Positions 1-10,077 of a DNA stretch of 64,000 bases are shown piece after piece. Below the pieces are notes generated by a model. That model saw only the letters and a program-made list of their open reading frames with translations. It had not been told where the DNA came from and made no database searches. Source of the DNA: Candidatus Latescibacterota bacterium (GTDB lineage Bacteria; Latescibacterota; UBA2968; UBA8231); the NCBI GenBank assembly GCA_965242865.1, contig CBDETK010000013.1:416001-480000 (forward strand), in the 5' to 3' direction. Each line of letters starts with the position of its first letter. Positions within the stretch are counted from its first letter, which is position 1. The translations under genes and the position numbers were made by a program.

Positions 1-830
1 TGGTCTTTCACTACCTGCCCATGTTCGGGCTGGTGCTGGCCTTTAAGGAGTTTCGCCTGAGTGCGGGCATCTTGGGCAGCGAGTGGAGCGGGTTGGAGAA
101 TTTCTCGCGCCTCTTTGGCGGGGCGGACTTTCCCAATGCCCTGCGCAACACGGTCGTCATCAGCTTCTTGCGCTTGCTCTTTGGCTTCTTCGCGCCGATC
201 GCGCTGGCACTGATGCTCAACGAGGTCCGCGTCTCTTGGTACAAGCGCACCGTGCAGACGGTGACGTACATCCCCTACTTCCTCTCGTGGGTCATCTTGG
301 GCGGCATTTTCCTGATGATTTTCTCGCAGAGCGGGCCGGTCAACCAGCTAGCCCAGCTCTTCGGGGTCTCGGCCATTGAGTTCCTCACCGACGACTTTTG
401 GTTTATCGCAGTGGTCATCGCCACCGGAATCTGGCAGGCGGCCGGGTACGGGGCGGTGATTTACTTGGCCGCGCTGGCCGGGATTTCTCCCGACTTGTAC
501 GAGACCGCCGTCGTCGATGGGGCCGGGCGCTGGAAGCAGACCTTGCACATCACCATTCCGGGGCTGGTGCCGACGATTATCACGCTTTTCATCCTCAATC
601 TCGGGCACGTGCTCAACGCGGGCTTTGACCAGATTTACAACATGTACAATCCCATGGTGTACGACGCGGCCGACATTATCGACACGTACGTCCTGCGGCG
701 GATCGTGCTAATGGACTTTGGGCTGGCCACCGGGGCCGGGCTTTTCAAGTCCGTGGTCGGCTTGGTGATGGTGGTGTTGGCCAACTCGCTGGCTCGCCGG
801 CTCAGCCGAGGGGAGCAGGGAATATGGTAA
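1..830 (+). CDS. Carbohydrate ABC transporter permease (LplB-like), 5' end outside the window
   Basis: Multiple TM segments and EAA-type loop (YETAVVDGAGRWKQ); frame is open back to the window edge. Confidence 0.9.
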   Translation, partial: VFHYLPMFGLVLAFKEFRLSAGILGSEWSGLENFSRLFGGADFPNALRNTVVISFLRLLFGFFAPIALALMLNEVRVSWYKRTVQTVTYIPYFLSWVILGGIFLMIFSQSGPVNQLAQLFGVSAIEFLTDDFWFIAVVIATGIWQAAGYGAVIYLAALAGISPDLYETAVVDGAGRWKQTLHITIPGLVPTIITLFILNLGHVLNAGFDQIYNMYNPMVYDAADIIDTYVLRRIVLMDFGLATGAGLFKSVVGLVMVVLANSLARRLSRGEQGIW

Positions 831-1702
831 GCCGCACCCGAGGCGAGAAGGTGTTCAACGTCGTCAACCTGACGCTGTTGGGCTTGGTCGGGCTGATGGC
901 GCTCTATCCCTTTGCGTACACGCTCTCGATGTCGTTGAGCAGCGCGGCCGAGGCCATGCGCGCCAGCCTGCACCTGTACCCGCGGGAGATTTCCCTGACC
1001 TCGTACCGCATGGTGCTGTCCAACCCCGAGATCGTCGCCGGGTTTACCAACTCCATCCTGCGCACGGTCTTGGGCACGGCCCTGACCCTCTTTTTCACGT
1101 GCCTGACGGCCTACCCGCTGGCGCGGCGCGAAATGCCCCACCGCAGTGCCCTGCTGTTCTTGGTGCTCTTCACCATGCTCTTCAGCGGCGGCATCGTACC
1201 CAGCTACTTGCTGGTTAAGAACTTGGGCCTGATGGACTCAATCTGGGCCCTGGTGCTGCCGCAGATGCTGACGGCCTTTAACATCATCGTGGTCAAGAAC
1301 TTTTTTCAAGCCATTCCCGAAAGCCTCGCCGAGTCCGCCAAGATCGACGGGGCCAGCGAGTTTAACATCCTCTTTCGGATTTACGTGCCCCTGTCCAAGC
1401 CGGTGCTGGCGACGATTGGGCTGTGGACGGCGGTGGCGCACTGGAACCACTGGTTCGACGCCATGCTCTACATTGCGTCGGACGAGAATCAGGTCTTGCA
1501 GACCTTTTTACAGCGGATCGTCATCGAAAACAGCGTCGAGCTCATTGAGCAGGGGTTGGTCGATCCGAACATCACCGAGTTCACGCCCGAGACGATCAAG
1601 GCGGCGACCGTGATCGTCACCATCTTGCCGATGCTGTTGGTCTATCCGTTTGTGCAGAAGTACTTCGTGCGCGGGATCATGCTGGGGAGCGTCAAGGAGT
1701 AA
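824..1702 (+). CDS. Carbohydrate ABC transporter permease
   Basis: ESAKIDGAS EAA motif; C-terminal YPFVQKYFVRGIMLGSVKE; overlaps the previous gene. Confidence 0.92.
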   Translation: MVSRTRGEKVFNVVNLTLLGLVGLMALYPFAYTLSMSLSSAAEAMRASLHLYPREISLTSYRMVLSNPEIVAGFTNSILRTVLGTALTLFFTCLTAYPLARREMPHRSALLFLVLFTMLFSGGIVPSYLLVKNLGLMDSIWALVLPQMLTAFNIIVVKNFFQAIPESLAESAKIDGASEFNILFRIYVPLSKPVLATIGLWTAVAHWNHWFDAMLYIASDENQVLQTFLQRIVIENSVELIEQGLVDPNITEFTPETIKAATVIVTILPMLLVYPFVQKYFVRGIMLGSVKE

Positions 1703-1715
1703 ACGCGCCCGGGCT

Positions 1716-2543
1716 TCACATCTGAAAGCCGCCGGCCACCACCAGCGACGCCCCGGTGATGTAATCGGCTTCGCCCGAAGCGAGAAAGGCCACGGCGCGC
1801 GCCACGTCTTCGGGGGTGCCGACGCGGCCCCAAGGCGTTTGCGCTTCGAGGTCGTGGACGAGGGCGGCCGTAGCGGCCGCGTCTGGCTCGGTGCGCTCGG
1901 CGAGGCCGGCGGCAATGTAGTGGGTGCGCTCGGTGAGCGTGTTGCCCGGGCAGACCGCGTTGACATTGATGCGGTGGGGAGCCAGCTCGCCGGCGAGGGA
2001 TTGGGTAAAGCCGATGATCGCGAATTTGGACGCGCAGTACGCGGCGTACCGCGGCAATCCTTGGCGACCGGCCGTTGAGGCCATGTTGATGATCTTGCCG
2101 CCGTCGCCGCGGTCAATTAGGTGCCGGGCTACGGCCCGCGCGCAGAGAAAGGTGCCCTTGACGTTGACGCTTTGCACTTGGTCCCAAGCAGCTTCGCTCA
2201 GCTCGACGACCGGGACGCGGTCCGGCCCGGGGCGCGAGCCAGCGTTGTTGACCAACAGGTCGATGCGGCCAAAACGGGCGAGCGCGTCTTGCACCAGGCC
2301 CTCGACTTGGGCGGCGTCGGCCACGTCGGCCTCCACCGCGAGGGCCTGCCGGCCGACAGCTTCGACTTCGGCGACGAGGGCTGGCAGGCCGCCCCAGCCC
2401 GCCGCGCCATAGGGCCGAGCGCGCAAGTCATTGACTACGAGGTCGCACCCTTCGCGCGCTAGACGCTGGCAGATGGCGCGGCCAATGCCGTGTTCGCCGC
2501 CAGTGCCGGTGACCAGGGCGACTTTGCCGTTGAGATTGTACAT
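1716..2543 (-). CDS. SDR family oxidoreductase
   Basis: TGxxxxxGIG, NNAG and YCASK catalytic motifs. Confidence 0.92.
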   Translation of the reverse strand: MYNLNGKVALVTGTGGEHGIGRAICQRLAREGCDLVVNDLRARPYGAAGWGGLPALVAEVEAVGRQALAVEADVADAAQVEGLVQDALARFGRIDLLVNNAGSRPGPDRVPVVELSEAAWDQVQSVNVKGTFLCARAVARHLIDRGDGGKIINMASTAGRQGLPRYAAYCASKFAIIGFTQSLAGELAPHRINVNAVCPGNTLTERTHYIAAGLAERTEPDAAATAALVHDLEAQTPWGRVGTPEDVARAVAFLASGEADYITGASLVVAGGFQM

Positions 2544-2557
2544 GAGATGGTCCTAAA

Positions 2558-2692
2558 CACGACGAGCAAAGGAACAAAAAAGGGGTCGTTTTTGCCTTCG
2601 GCTCGCTTAAAAAACCGGTACACAATTTCTACTTGTTTTTTGTCATCCCGGACGAGAAAGCGAACGAGCACATTGGTGTCTAATGCTTTCAC
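2558..2692 (-). pseudogene. Truncated PIN-domain VapC toxin (N-terminal ~45 aa only)
   Basis: [21 protein letters not shown]-terminal motif; GTGA overlap with the antitoxin stop; similarity ends just before the SDR RBS. Confidence 0.75.
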
Positions 2693-2943
2693 TTAAAACG
2701 GACCTTCATTTTTTGCTTAATTGCAGACTTCATTTGGTGAACCGAAACAGGCTTGCGGCCCGCTTTATATAACTTCCCGAAAATTTCATCTACTTTTACT
2801 TTTTTGGCCGTAGGTTTTAGAAGTGCTTCACCATTTTCTGTGAGCATAAAATCGACTGTATCGCCTTCGCGGAGCTGTAGCGCATCGCGCACGGTTTTGG
2901 GAATTGTGATTTGCCCTTTGCTCGTTAGCGTTGCTGTTGCCAT
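2689..2943 (-). CDS. AbrB/MazE/SpoVT-family antitoxin
   Basis: [25 protein letters not shown] swapped-hairpin signature. Confidence 0.9.
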   Translation of the reverse strand: MATATLTSKGQITIPKTVRDALQLREGDTVDFMLTENGEALLKPTAKKVKVDEIFGKLYKAGRKPVSVHQMKSAIKQKMKVRFK

Positions 2944-2968
2944 GCCGTGCTCCTGTTATTGAAGGTTG

Positions 2969-2990
2969 TTCCTTACTTAAGAGTAAGGAA
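2969..2990. promoter_or_regulatory. Inverted repeat, probable TA autoregulatory operator
   Basis: TTCCTTACT-taag-AGTAAGGAA, perfect 9-bp arms, ~25 bp upstream of the antitoxin start. Confidence 0.6.
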
Positions 2991-3074
2991 AACGATCTTT
3001 GAGCGCGAATGCCCCTTAGGGCCTCGACCCGCGTCTTGAGGTGGATTCTCGGCGAGAAGAATCGTAGGGACCGT

Positions 3075-4598
3075 TCACTGCTGCGCGGCGGGCGGGCGGA
3101 ATTTTGCGATGGCTTGGGCGGCTGCGGCCGAGTCTCCGGCCTGCCGGTACGCGAGCACGAGCCCGCGCTGGGCCGCTGGCCGATCGGGAGCTTGGACTAG
3201 TGCCTGTTCGTATCGCTGGGCGGCCGCGTGGGCATCGCCTTGCTGCAACTCGAGATTCCCCAGCGCAATGAGGATGTCCGCCAAATGCTCGGACCACTCC
3301 AGAGCCTGGTTGTACGCCTCGCGGCTTAGGTCAATGTAGCCGCCGGTGGCGTAGGCCGTGCCCAAGTTGTACCAAGCCAAGCCATAGTCTGGCCTGAGAT
3401 TCAGAGCTTGGCGGTACGCGGCGATCGCTTCGCCGGAGCGGCCCAAGCGGATGTGGGCATTGCCGAGGTTTTGCCACGCTCGGGCGTTGTCTGGCTGGAG
3501 GGCCAAGCCGGCGCGCAGGTGTCTTACGGCCCCCGCGTCGTGCCCGAGGCGGGCGTAGAGGCGGGCGAGGTCAAAGTGTGCGCTGGGATTGCGGCCCGGC
3601 TGGGCCAGTGCCCGCAGCTGCTCAATCTGGGCCACGTGTGGCTCGATGCGCCGCTGGGCCGCGTCCTGCGCTTCGGCGTCTCGGCTGCGCCCCAGATGGC
3701 GGTACGCGGAAGCCAATTGCAATCGGACCGCGGGATGCACCGGGTCGAGCGCGAGGGCCCGCTCAAGAGCAGTGGCCGCCTCAACGTACTGCTCCAGCTT
3801 GGCTCGGGACACGCCGAGGCCAATGTGGGCCTCCACCGCAAAGGGGTCGAGATGGACGGCGGTCGAAAACGCCTGTAGGGCCGGGCGGCCCCGTCCCACC
3901 TGTAGGAGGGCGCGGCCGGTCGCCACCTCGTAGCGGACGCTGTCCGGGGCCAAGGCGACCGCGCGTTGGAGGAGTGCCAAACCTTCTGCACAACGCCCTA
4001 GCCGCTCGCACTGGAGAACACCCAATGCAAAGCTGGCCTCGTGAGATGCGGGATCCAATTCCACCGCCCGCTCCAGCGAAATCTGCGCGGCCGCTACATC
4101 CCCTCGCGCCCCTTGCACCGCGCCCATCAACTCGTGCAGCGTAGGGCGGGCCGGTTCCAGCGCGATCGCTTCGGCGAGTGCGAGTTGGGCGTTCTCAAGT
4201 TGCCCGAGCCCGAGCCACGCCCCTGCTAGCCGCTCCAATGTCTCGGCATCGCGCTTGGCCGCGACGGCTCGCTGCGCTAGGGCGAGTGCTGTCGCGTGGT
4301 CGCGGACCCGGGCCATAACCTCGCTAAGCCCCAGCAGTGCTCCCACGTGCAGACTGTCTGACCGGAGAATCCGCTCGAACTGGTCCATGGACCGATCGGT
4401 GTGTCCCAAGTCGAGCAGCACGTGGGCCAGCGCCAGCCGCGTCTCGCGATCGGCGGGCCGCTCGCGCAGTTGTTTTTCGTAGGTTAGCTGCAACCGCCCC
4501 AACTCGTCGGCCGTGGGCGGCGTGGCCGCCTTATCGCACCCCACGAGCACCGCGATCAGGATGAGGCCCCGCGCAGACGCGCTCACAGCGGCGTCCAT
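3075..4598 (-). CDS. Tetratricopeptide repeat protein, probable lipoprotein
   Basis: Many TPR motifs (AWQNLGNA..., AWYNLGTA...); LVGC lipobox-like N-terminus. Confidence 0.85.
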   Translation of the reverse strand: MDAAVSASARGLILIAVLVGCDKAATPPTADELGRLQLTYEKQLRERPADRETRLALAHVLLDLGHTDRSMDQFERILRSDSLHVGALLGLSEVMARVRDHATALALAQRAVAAKRDAETLERLAGAWLGLGQLENAQLALAEAIALEPARPTLHELMGAVQGARGDVAAAQISLERAVELDPASHEASFALGVLQCERLGRCAEGLALLQRAVALAPDSVRYEVATGRALLQVGRGRPALQAFSTAVHLDPFAVEAHIGLGVSRAKLEQYVEAATALERALALDPVHPAVRLQLASAYRHLGRSRDAEAQDAAQRRIEPHVAQIEQLRALAQPGRNPSAHFDLARLYARLGHDAGAVRHLRAGLALQPDNARAWQNLGNAHIRLGRSGEAIAAYRQALNLRPDYGLAWYNLGTAYATGGYIDLSREAYNQALEWSEHLADILIALGNLELQQGDAHAAAQRYEQALVQAPDRPAAQRGLVLAYRQAGDSAAAAQAIAKFRPPAAQQ

Positions 4599-6295
4599 GG
4601 CTCGCCCTCGACGATGCGGACGAAGCGGCCGGCCGGCACCGTCCCCACAGTCTGCAATTCACCCGAGGGCCAACGAATTAGGATGCTGTCCACCGCTGTC
4701 CTGCGCCCGAGCCCGAAGTGTAAGCGCAGGTCGTTGTGCGACAGGTAACTGCTGCCGCCCCGCACCTCGGCCATCTGCCGCAGAGCAGCGGCAACCACGG
4801 TGACCCGCGCCCCGATCCCGCTGCGATTGCTCCGCGTACCTTCGACCTCGACGGAGATCCAGTTGGATCGATTGCCGCCGTCGTTTCTGAGCAGGTGCGG
4901 GGGCTGGTTGTTGTTCGACACGAATAGATCGACATCGCCGTCGTTGTCGTAGTCGGCCGCAGCCGATCCTCGCCCCACACCCGGTGAGAACGCCGTCAGC
5001 CCGCTGGCCACGGTCGCATCGGTGAACGTGCCGTCGCGATTGTTCAGGAAGAGCTGGTCGTGCTGGGCATAGCGCGGGCCGGCGCTGTCGAGAATCTCGA
5101 TGTTGGGCTCGACATGGCCGTTGGCGAGAAACAGATCGGGGTAGCCATCGTTGTCGATGTCGATGAAATCGGTCCCAAAGGTGAGGGTCTGATAGGTCGG
5201 CCCACCCAGTCCGCTCTGGGCGGTGTGGTCTGCGAATTGACCCGCCCCGGCATTGTGCAGCAGCCGGCAAGGCTCCCACTGAAAATTGCACACGCTTAGG
5301 TCGAGGCGGCCGTCGCGATCGTAGTCGGCCCAATCAGTGCCCATGCCCGCTTCCGGGACGCCATCGGGGCTGGTCGCGACGCTGGCGGCGACCCCGACTT
5401 CGGCAAATCGGGACCCGTCGTTGCGGAACAGGAAATTCGGCTCGTGGTCGTTGGCGACGTAGAGATCGAAATCGCCGTCGCTGTCGTAGTCGGCAAATCC
5501 CACGCCGAGCTGGCGGCCTTCTTCGGTCCAGAGTCCCATTGAGGCGGTGATGTCCGTGAAGCGGAGGTCGCCATCGTTGCGGAACAGCACCCCGGAATCG
5601 CCGGGATAGGCTCCAGGGCCGCAGTAAATCTGAATCGGCCCACTCCGGCACTCCGGGTGCTCGTCCCCGACGATCCGCACATCGTTGGCGACATACAGAT
5701 CCAAATCGCTGTCGAGATCGATATCGGCGAAGGCCGCGCTCGTGGACACCCGGAGGTCGCCGGTTCCCGCCCGGGCGGTCACGTCCGCAAAGCGGCCGTT
5801 GCCCAAGTTGCGATAGAGCCGGTTGGCGCCCCAGTTGGTGACGTAGAGATCCGCATGGCCATCGTTGTCAATGTCCCCAACGCCGACCCCCATGCCAAAG
5901 CTGGTGTCGGCGACCCCTGCTTCGGCTGCTCTATCGACAAACGTTCCGTCGGTCTGATTCGCAAACAGGGCGTTGGCCGGCGGGTCAGCGGTGCGTCCGC
6001 CGTGAATAGCCGCGCTGTTCACGACGTAGAGATCGGGAAAGCTGTCGCCGTTGAAGTCGGCAAATGCGGCGCCCGAGCCGTGGGTTTCGGGATAGTAATA
6101 GGACCCGGCCGCGCCGTTGAAGTGGCGGAATTCGATCCCAGCCTCGGCGGCGACCTCGCTGAAGCGAGGGAGGGGCCGCGCCGATTTTCCACCGTCGCTG
6201 CAACCCGACAAAACGAGCGCGGTCGCCAAAGCAACTCCCAGCACCCGACGTGGACGATTTGGGGCGTTGAATCGCTGCTGTACCCTATACATCAT
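4583..6295 (-). CDS. CRTAC1/ASPIC-UnbV family FG-GAP repeat protein
   Basis: Repeated DxDxDGxxDLYV motifs; C-terminal GIGARV...SYLSHN...HFGLG...WPSG. Confidence 0.9.
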   Translation of the reverse strand: MMYRVQQRFNAPNRPRRVLGVALATALVLSGCSDGGKSARPLPRFSEVAAEAGIEFRHFNGAAGSYYYPETHGSGAAFADFNGDSFPDLYVVNSAAIHGGRTADPPANALFANQTDGTFVDRAAEAGVADTSFGMGVGVGDIDNDGHADLYVTNWGANRLYRNLGNGRFADVTARAGTGDLRVSTSAAFADIDLDSDLDLYVANDVRIVGDEHPECRSGPIQIYCGPGAYPGDSGVLFRNDGDLRFTDITASMGLWTEEGRQLGVGFADYDSDGDFDLYVANDHEPNFLFRNDGSRFAEVGVAASVATSPDGVPEAGMGTDWADYDRDGRLDLSVCNFQWEPCRLLHNAGAGQFADHTAQSGLGGPTYQTLTFGTDFIDIDNDGYPDLFLANGHVEPNIEILDSAGPRYAQHDQLFLNNRDGTFTDATVASGLTAFSPGVGRGSAAADYDNDGDVDLFVSNNNQPPHLLRNDGGNRSNWISVEVEGTRSNRSGIGARVTVVAAALRQMAEVRGGSSYLSHNDLRLHFGLGRRTAVDSILIRWPSGELQTVGTVPAGRFVRIVEGEPWTPL

Positions 6296-6329
6296 AATTA
6301 TAGCAATCCTACATCATTTTCAAGACTGG

Positions 6330-6349
6330 ATTCCCGCTTGTGCGGGAAT
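6330..6349. repeat. REP-like palindrome of ATTCCC-N8-GGGAAT type
   Basis: ATTCCC-GCTTGTGC-GGGAAT, intergenic, in TGGATTCCCGC...GCGGGAATGAC context. Confidence 0.65.
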
Positions 6350-6467
6350 GACGGAGACCGGCTCTACGGCTTGTTCAACATGACCCAAGGGGGATTTTTC
6401 AGACCGCCTCTAAGGAGGGTTGCTGTGAGGTCAGAGGCGAGTTGGTCGCAAGCGGGCGGCGGGCCGC

Positions 6468-7523
6468 TTAGTCCACCGCGGGATTTTCCAAATACGCCAG
6501 CAGCAACCGCGCCGCGTTGACGATGCCGTCCCACGCGCAGATTTCGTACCCGTGCGTGTTGTCGCCCGGGTAGCCAATCAGCGCCGCGCGCCCAATGGCA
6601 CCGGACGTTTTGGCAATGGACGAGTCGCTGGAGTACGAAGTGAGGACGGCCGGTTGGATGCCGAACCCGCCGACCGCGGCGAGGGCGTCAAAGCGGTCGA
6701 TGATGCGTGCGTCGTACAGGCCGCGGCTGTCGCGGACGCCGATGATAGGGTCGCCGCTGTTGGCCGTGCCATACTCAGCCGCGACCGGCGCAATGTCGAT
6801 GGCAACAGCCGCTTCTACCGGCAGCCGCCCGAGCGCGTACAGCGCGCCGTGCCCGCCGATTTCTTCGCTGGAACTGGCCACGAGATATACGTCTTGGGCC
6901 GGCCGGTTCGCCCGCAAGTGCAAGCCCACTTCAAGCATGATGGCCAAGCCGGCGCGGCAATCGAGGTTGTAGCCGCAGACGCAATCGCCTAGCCGCCAGA
7001 GTGCCTTGTGCCTACCGGCGATGACCACCCGGGTGCCGGCGCGCACCCCGCGCTGGGCCAACTCCTCGGGCGCGAGCCTCGTTTCAATCCACATCTGTTC
7101 CCATTTGAGGGGGTGGTCGTCTTTGAGCCGCCCGGCCGGACTCTCGGTGGAGACGTGCTTGGCGCCGATGGAGAGCACGCCCGGGCACAGACCGTCCCGC
7201 GCCATGATCTCGACCGGGCTTTCCCCGAGTGCCCAAGGGTGCAAACCGCCCAAGGGCTGCACCCGGATTTTGCCATCGGCTTCAACGCGCTTGACGATGA
7301 GGGCGATCTCGTCCTTGTGGGCGAGGGCTGCCACGGGCTGATCGCAGCGTTGGCCCTTGACGTGGATGATGATGTTGTCGGCCGCATCCTGCCAGACAGC
7401 GTCGCCGATGGGGGCGGCGAGCTCGGTGACGAGGGCGTCCATCGCGGCTTCCGCGCCCGAAGGCGCGTGTGCGGCGAGCAGCTGCTCGACAAAGCCGTAA
7501 AGGCGTTGGGCATCAATGGTCAT
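6468..7523 (-). CDS. M42/M20 family metallopeptidase
   Basis: AHKDE, NLDCR, SEEIG and THGYE metal-binding motifs; start placed at MTIDAQ. Confidence 0.85.
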   Translation of the reverse strand: MTIDAQRLYGFVEQLLAAHAPSGAEAAMDALVTELAAPIGDAVWQDAADNIIIHVKGQRCDQPVAALAHKDEIALIVKRVEADGKIRVQPLGGLHPWALGESPVEIMARDGLCPGVLSIGAKHVSTESPAGRLKDDHPLKWEQMWIETRLAPEELAQRGVRAGTRVVIAGRHKALWRLGDCVCGYNLDCRAGLAIMLEVGLHLRANRPAQDVYLVASSSEEIGGHGALYALGRLPVEAAVAIDIAPVAAEYGTANSGDPIIGVRDSRGLYDARIIDRFDALAAVGGFGIQPAVLTSYSSDSSIAKTSGAIGRAALIGYPGDNTHGYEICAWDGIVNAARLLLAYLENPAVD

Positions 7524-7527
7524 CGGG

Positions 7528-8442
7528 TCATTCTGCTTCCAGAACGTCCGGGTCGAGTTGATACCAAAACACCGTGCCGGATTTAATGAGGTCCTGTATC
7601 CGATCATCGCGGCGCAGGCCAGCGACCGCAGGGTATGAACGCCTACCTGTGAACTCGGTCAGCAACTCGGCGTTGCGCATGGCTCGACGGGTATCCCGTC
7701 CATTGGCGGTGAAGGAGATTTCTACGGCAATGTAACAAGGATCGCCATCCGAGTCCGTGGCCTCCATAATCAGGTCGGCCCGGCGGTAGCTTTTCAACTC
7801 GTTTGCGGGAATGATCGACGTGTTGGCTTGGTCGGTCATCATCCACAGATCATCTTGAGTGAGGGTTTTTGTCCGCCGCAGGCCCATTTCCCTAGCGATG
7901 CTAGTGGCTTCTCTGAGAGCGGCGGTGCGGGCGTGGCTGCCTTTGAGTATGCCGAGATCCGTTTGGATAGACCTCACTTGGGTTTTGAGCGTGCCGACAT
8001 CTTCTTTGAGTATGCTGACGTCTTTTTTGAGCGTACTGACCTCTTCTTTAAGCGTACTGACGTCTTCTTTAAGCGTACTGACGTCTTTTTTAAGTATGCT
8101 GACGTCTTTTTTAAGTATGCTGACGTCTTTTTTGAGCGTACTGACGTCTTCTTTAAGCGTACTGACGTCTTTTTTAAGTATGCTGACGTCTTTTTTAAGA
8201 ACGCCGACATCTTTTTTGAGAGCCTCTACTTGGGTTTCAAGGGCATCAAAACGTCGGTTCGTGGCCTCGACGAAGCTGTGCATCTCGGCGACGAAGCTGT
8301 GCATCTCGGCGACGAACTGAGTGAACTTTTGGGGCAGTTCGAGCAATTCGCGCGACAGCAGCCGAGTGCGCAGGGCCTCAACCCAATCGGGGTTTTCGTC
8401 CAGTGCGTGAAGCAGGTCTTCTATGGTATGGATCGTGGTCAT
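7528..8442 (-). CDS. Coiled-coil heptad-repeat protein with a possible C-terminal PD-(D/E)XK-like domain
   Basis: 11 LK(K/E)(D/E)V(S/G)x heptads; C-terminal RADL...IAVEIS motif. Confidence 0.7.
   Translation of the reverse strand: MTTIHTIEDLLHALDENPDWVEALRTRLLSRELLELPQKFTQFVAEMHSFVAEMHSFVEATNRRFDALETQVEALKKDVGVLKKDVSILKKDVSTLKEDVSTLKKDVSILKKDVSILKKDVSTLKEDVSTLKEEVSTLKKDVSILKEDVGTLKTQVRSIQTDLGILKGSHARTAALREATSIAREMGLRRTKTLTQDDLWMMTDQANTSIIPANELKSYRRADLIMEATDSDGDPCYIAVEISFTANGRDTRRAMRNAELLTEFTGRRSYPAVAGLRRDDRIQDLIKSGTVFWYQLDPDVLEAE
7990..8220 (-). repeat. In-frame 21-bp tandem repeat, 11 copies
   Basis: Near-identical units such as TCTTTTTTAAGTATGCTGACG on the + strand. Confidence 0.9.
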
Positions 8443-8557
8443 TAAGTTCCCGCCCATTTTGCGTTTTGGAGCCTACGAATTTGTTTGATCTAAATAGACA
8501 GAAAGGCCCCGTCAAGCGCAAGTCTCGGGCGATCGCTCGGGCCGCGCAGAAAAGCGA

Positions 8558-9166
8558 TCAGGCCGGTGCGGCGAGCGGCCCAATCACTTCTTCGGCCAGC
8601 CCGCGCAAGGTCTTTTGCAGCCGCAGGCGGCCCCGGTTGACGCGCGATTTGACCGTGCCCACGGGGCAATTAATGATCTGGGCAATTTCCTCATACGAGA
8701 GCCCATTCATATCGCGGAGGAGCACGGCGGCGCGAAACTCTGTCGGCAGCCCCTCAATGGCATGGACGACGAGGGACTTGACGCGGGTGCCATCGGTCTG
8801 TTCGCCGGGCAGGGGGTCTTTGGCCACCGGCTCGTAAAAGGCGGCGGGCTGGTCGTCGTCACTGGGGCTGATCGGAACCCAATGCCAGCGCTTGCGGCGG
8901 CGCAGTTCGGTCTTGGCCAAATTGCCGGCAATGGTGTAGAGCCAAGTGGAAACCTGTTCGATGGCTGGGTACTGGTGGCTGTGGCGCAGGCAGCGGAGAA
9001 AAGTCTCTTGGACGATGTCCTCGGCCGTTTCCCTATCGCCGACAAAGCGATAGACGAAATTGTACAAAGGGGTGCGGTAGCGTTTGACCAGTATGCCGAG
9101 GTGGCCTTGGTCCTCAGCGGCCCGCAGCAAAACTTCCCTATCTGTGAGCTCCTTCGTCGCTTCCAT
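8558..9166 (-). CDS. ECF RNA polymerase sigma-70 factor (RpoE-like)
   Basis: [17 protein letters not shown] and [22 protein letters not shown] motifs; AAGGAG RBS. Confidence 0.92.
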   Translation of the reverse strand: MEATKELTDREVLLRAAEDQGHLGILVKRYRTPLYNFVYRFVGDRETAEDIVQETFLRCLRHSHQYPAIEQVSTWLYTIAGNLAKTELRRRKRWHWVPISPSDDDQPAAFYEPVAKDPLPGEQTDGTRVKSLVVHAIEGLPTEFRAAVLLRDMNGLSYEEIAQIINCPVGTVKSRVNRGRLRLQKTLRGLAEEVIGPLAAPA

Positions 9167-9262
9167 GGTTGTGCTCCTTTTGGGTGACGTGCGCCGCTTG
9201 CTGAAGGCAAGGCGACACAACTCAAGCGATTATCGTCGTGGCTATACGGCTAACGTAAACTT

Positions 9263-9278
9263 AGCAAGAACCGTGCCA
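9263..9278 (-). promoter_or_regulatory. Sigma54 (-24/-12) promoter upstream of the ECF sigma gene
   Basis: Minus strand reads TGGCAC-GGTTC-TTGCT, a match to TGGCAC-N5-TTGCW. Confidence 0.75.
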
Positions 9279-9354
9279 TTGCTCGCGGAGGCGAAAATAG
9301 GCCCCTTTTCGCCCGTTTTTAGGGGGTATTGGCCACAAAAAACCGAATGCAGCA

Positions 9355-9386
9355 CTCAGAAATCTGAGGGTCCTCAGAAATCTGAG
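9355..9386. promoter_or_regulatory. Tandem palindromes, candidate enhancer (UAS) or operator
   Basis: CTCAGA-AA-TCTGAG at 9355-9368 and 9373-9386. Confidence 0.55.
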
Positions 9387-9470
9387 GCTCGTCTTTTGAC
9401 AGATTTTGGGGCAAACAGTAGATTTCGCGCCGGTAAAATTCGCGTAATTGCTGGCGATGGAGGGGTGCTC

Positions 9471-10076
9471 GTGCAAGAGTTGACCACGCGCTTGGCGGCC
9501 TTGTGCCAAGCCAAGGGGGCCGAGAAATTCTCGGCCGAAGAAATAGTCGAGCTATTGACCGACGGCGAAGAGGTCGATTGGATCGTCGATCAAGTGCTAC
9601 CGGCCGCGGCGGAGGCCGATCGCCGCGAAATGGGCCAAGTACTGGCCGAAATAGCCGATGCGGTGGCACCGGCTCCCGCCCCCGGTGCCGAGGAACCGGG
9701 GGCCGTGGAGGAGGTGGACTTGTTCCTGCAAGCTCTGCCGGCCGGGGTTGACGTGCAGCAGGTCGAGGACCTGTTGCGCTCGCCGCAAGGGGCTTTGCTG
9801 GCCGATTTTAGTGCTTTTTGCCAAGAGCGCGGGTTTGAGGACGAGGGGGACGAAGCGGCGACGAGCGAAGCCGTAATGGAATTGCACGAGGAATGGCTAC
9901 AGACGCCACGGCCGGCGCTAGAAGGCGAAAAACCGGCCGCCGTGCTGGAGGGCGGTCGGCTCTTTCCCAGCAAGGTCGAGCCCTTCCGCCGCCAAACCCC
10001 CAAGGTCGGCCGCAACGATCCGTGCTCCTGCGGCAGCGGCAAGAAATTCAAAAGATGCTGCGGCCGGGCCGCTTGA
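9471..10076 (+). CDS. SEC-C metal-binding motif protein
   Basis: C-terminal [20 protein letters not shown]; start inferred from GGAGG RBS. Confidence 0.8.
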   Translation: MQELTTRLAALCQAKGAEKFSAEEIVELLTDGEEVDWIVDQVLPAAAEADRREMGQVLAEIADAVAPAPAPGAEEPGAVEEVDLFLQALPAGVDVQQVEDLLRSPQGALLADFSAFCQERGFEDEGDEAATSEAVMELHEEWLQTPRPALEGEKPAAVLEGGRLFPSKVEPFRRQTPKVGRNDPCSCGSGKKFKRCCGRAA

Positions 10077-10077
10077 G

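Noticed and set aside
7990-8320. Possible CRISPR array
   Set aside because: Units are contiguous 21-bp in-frame coding repeats with no unique spacers and no cas genes
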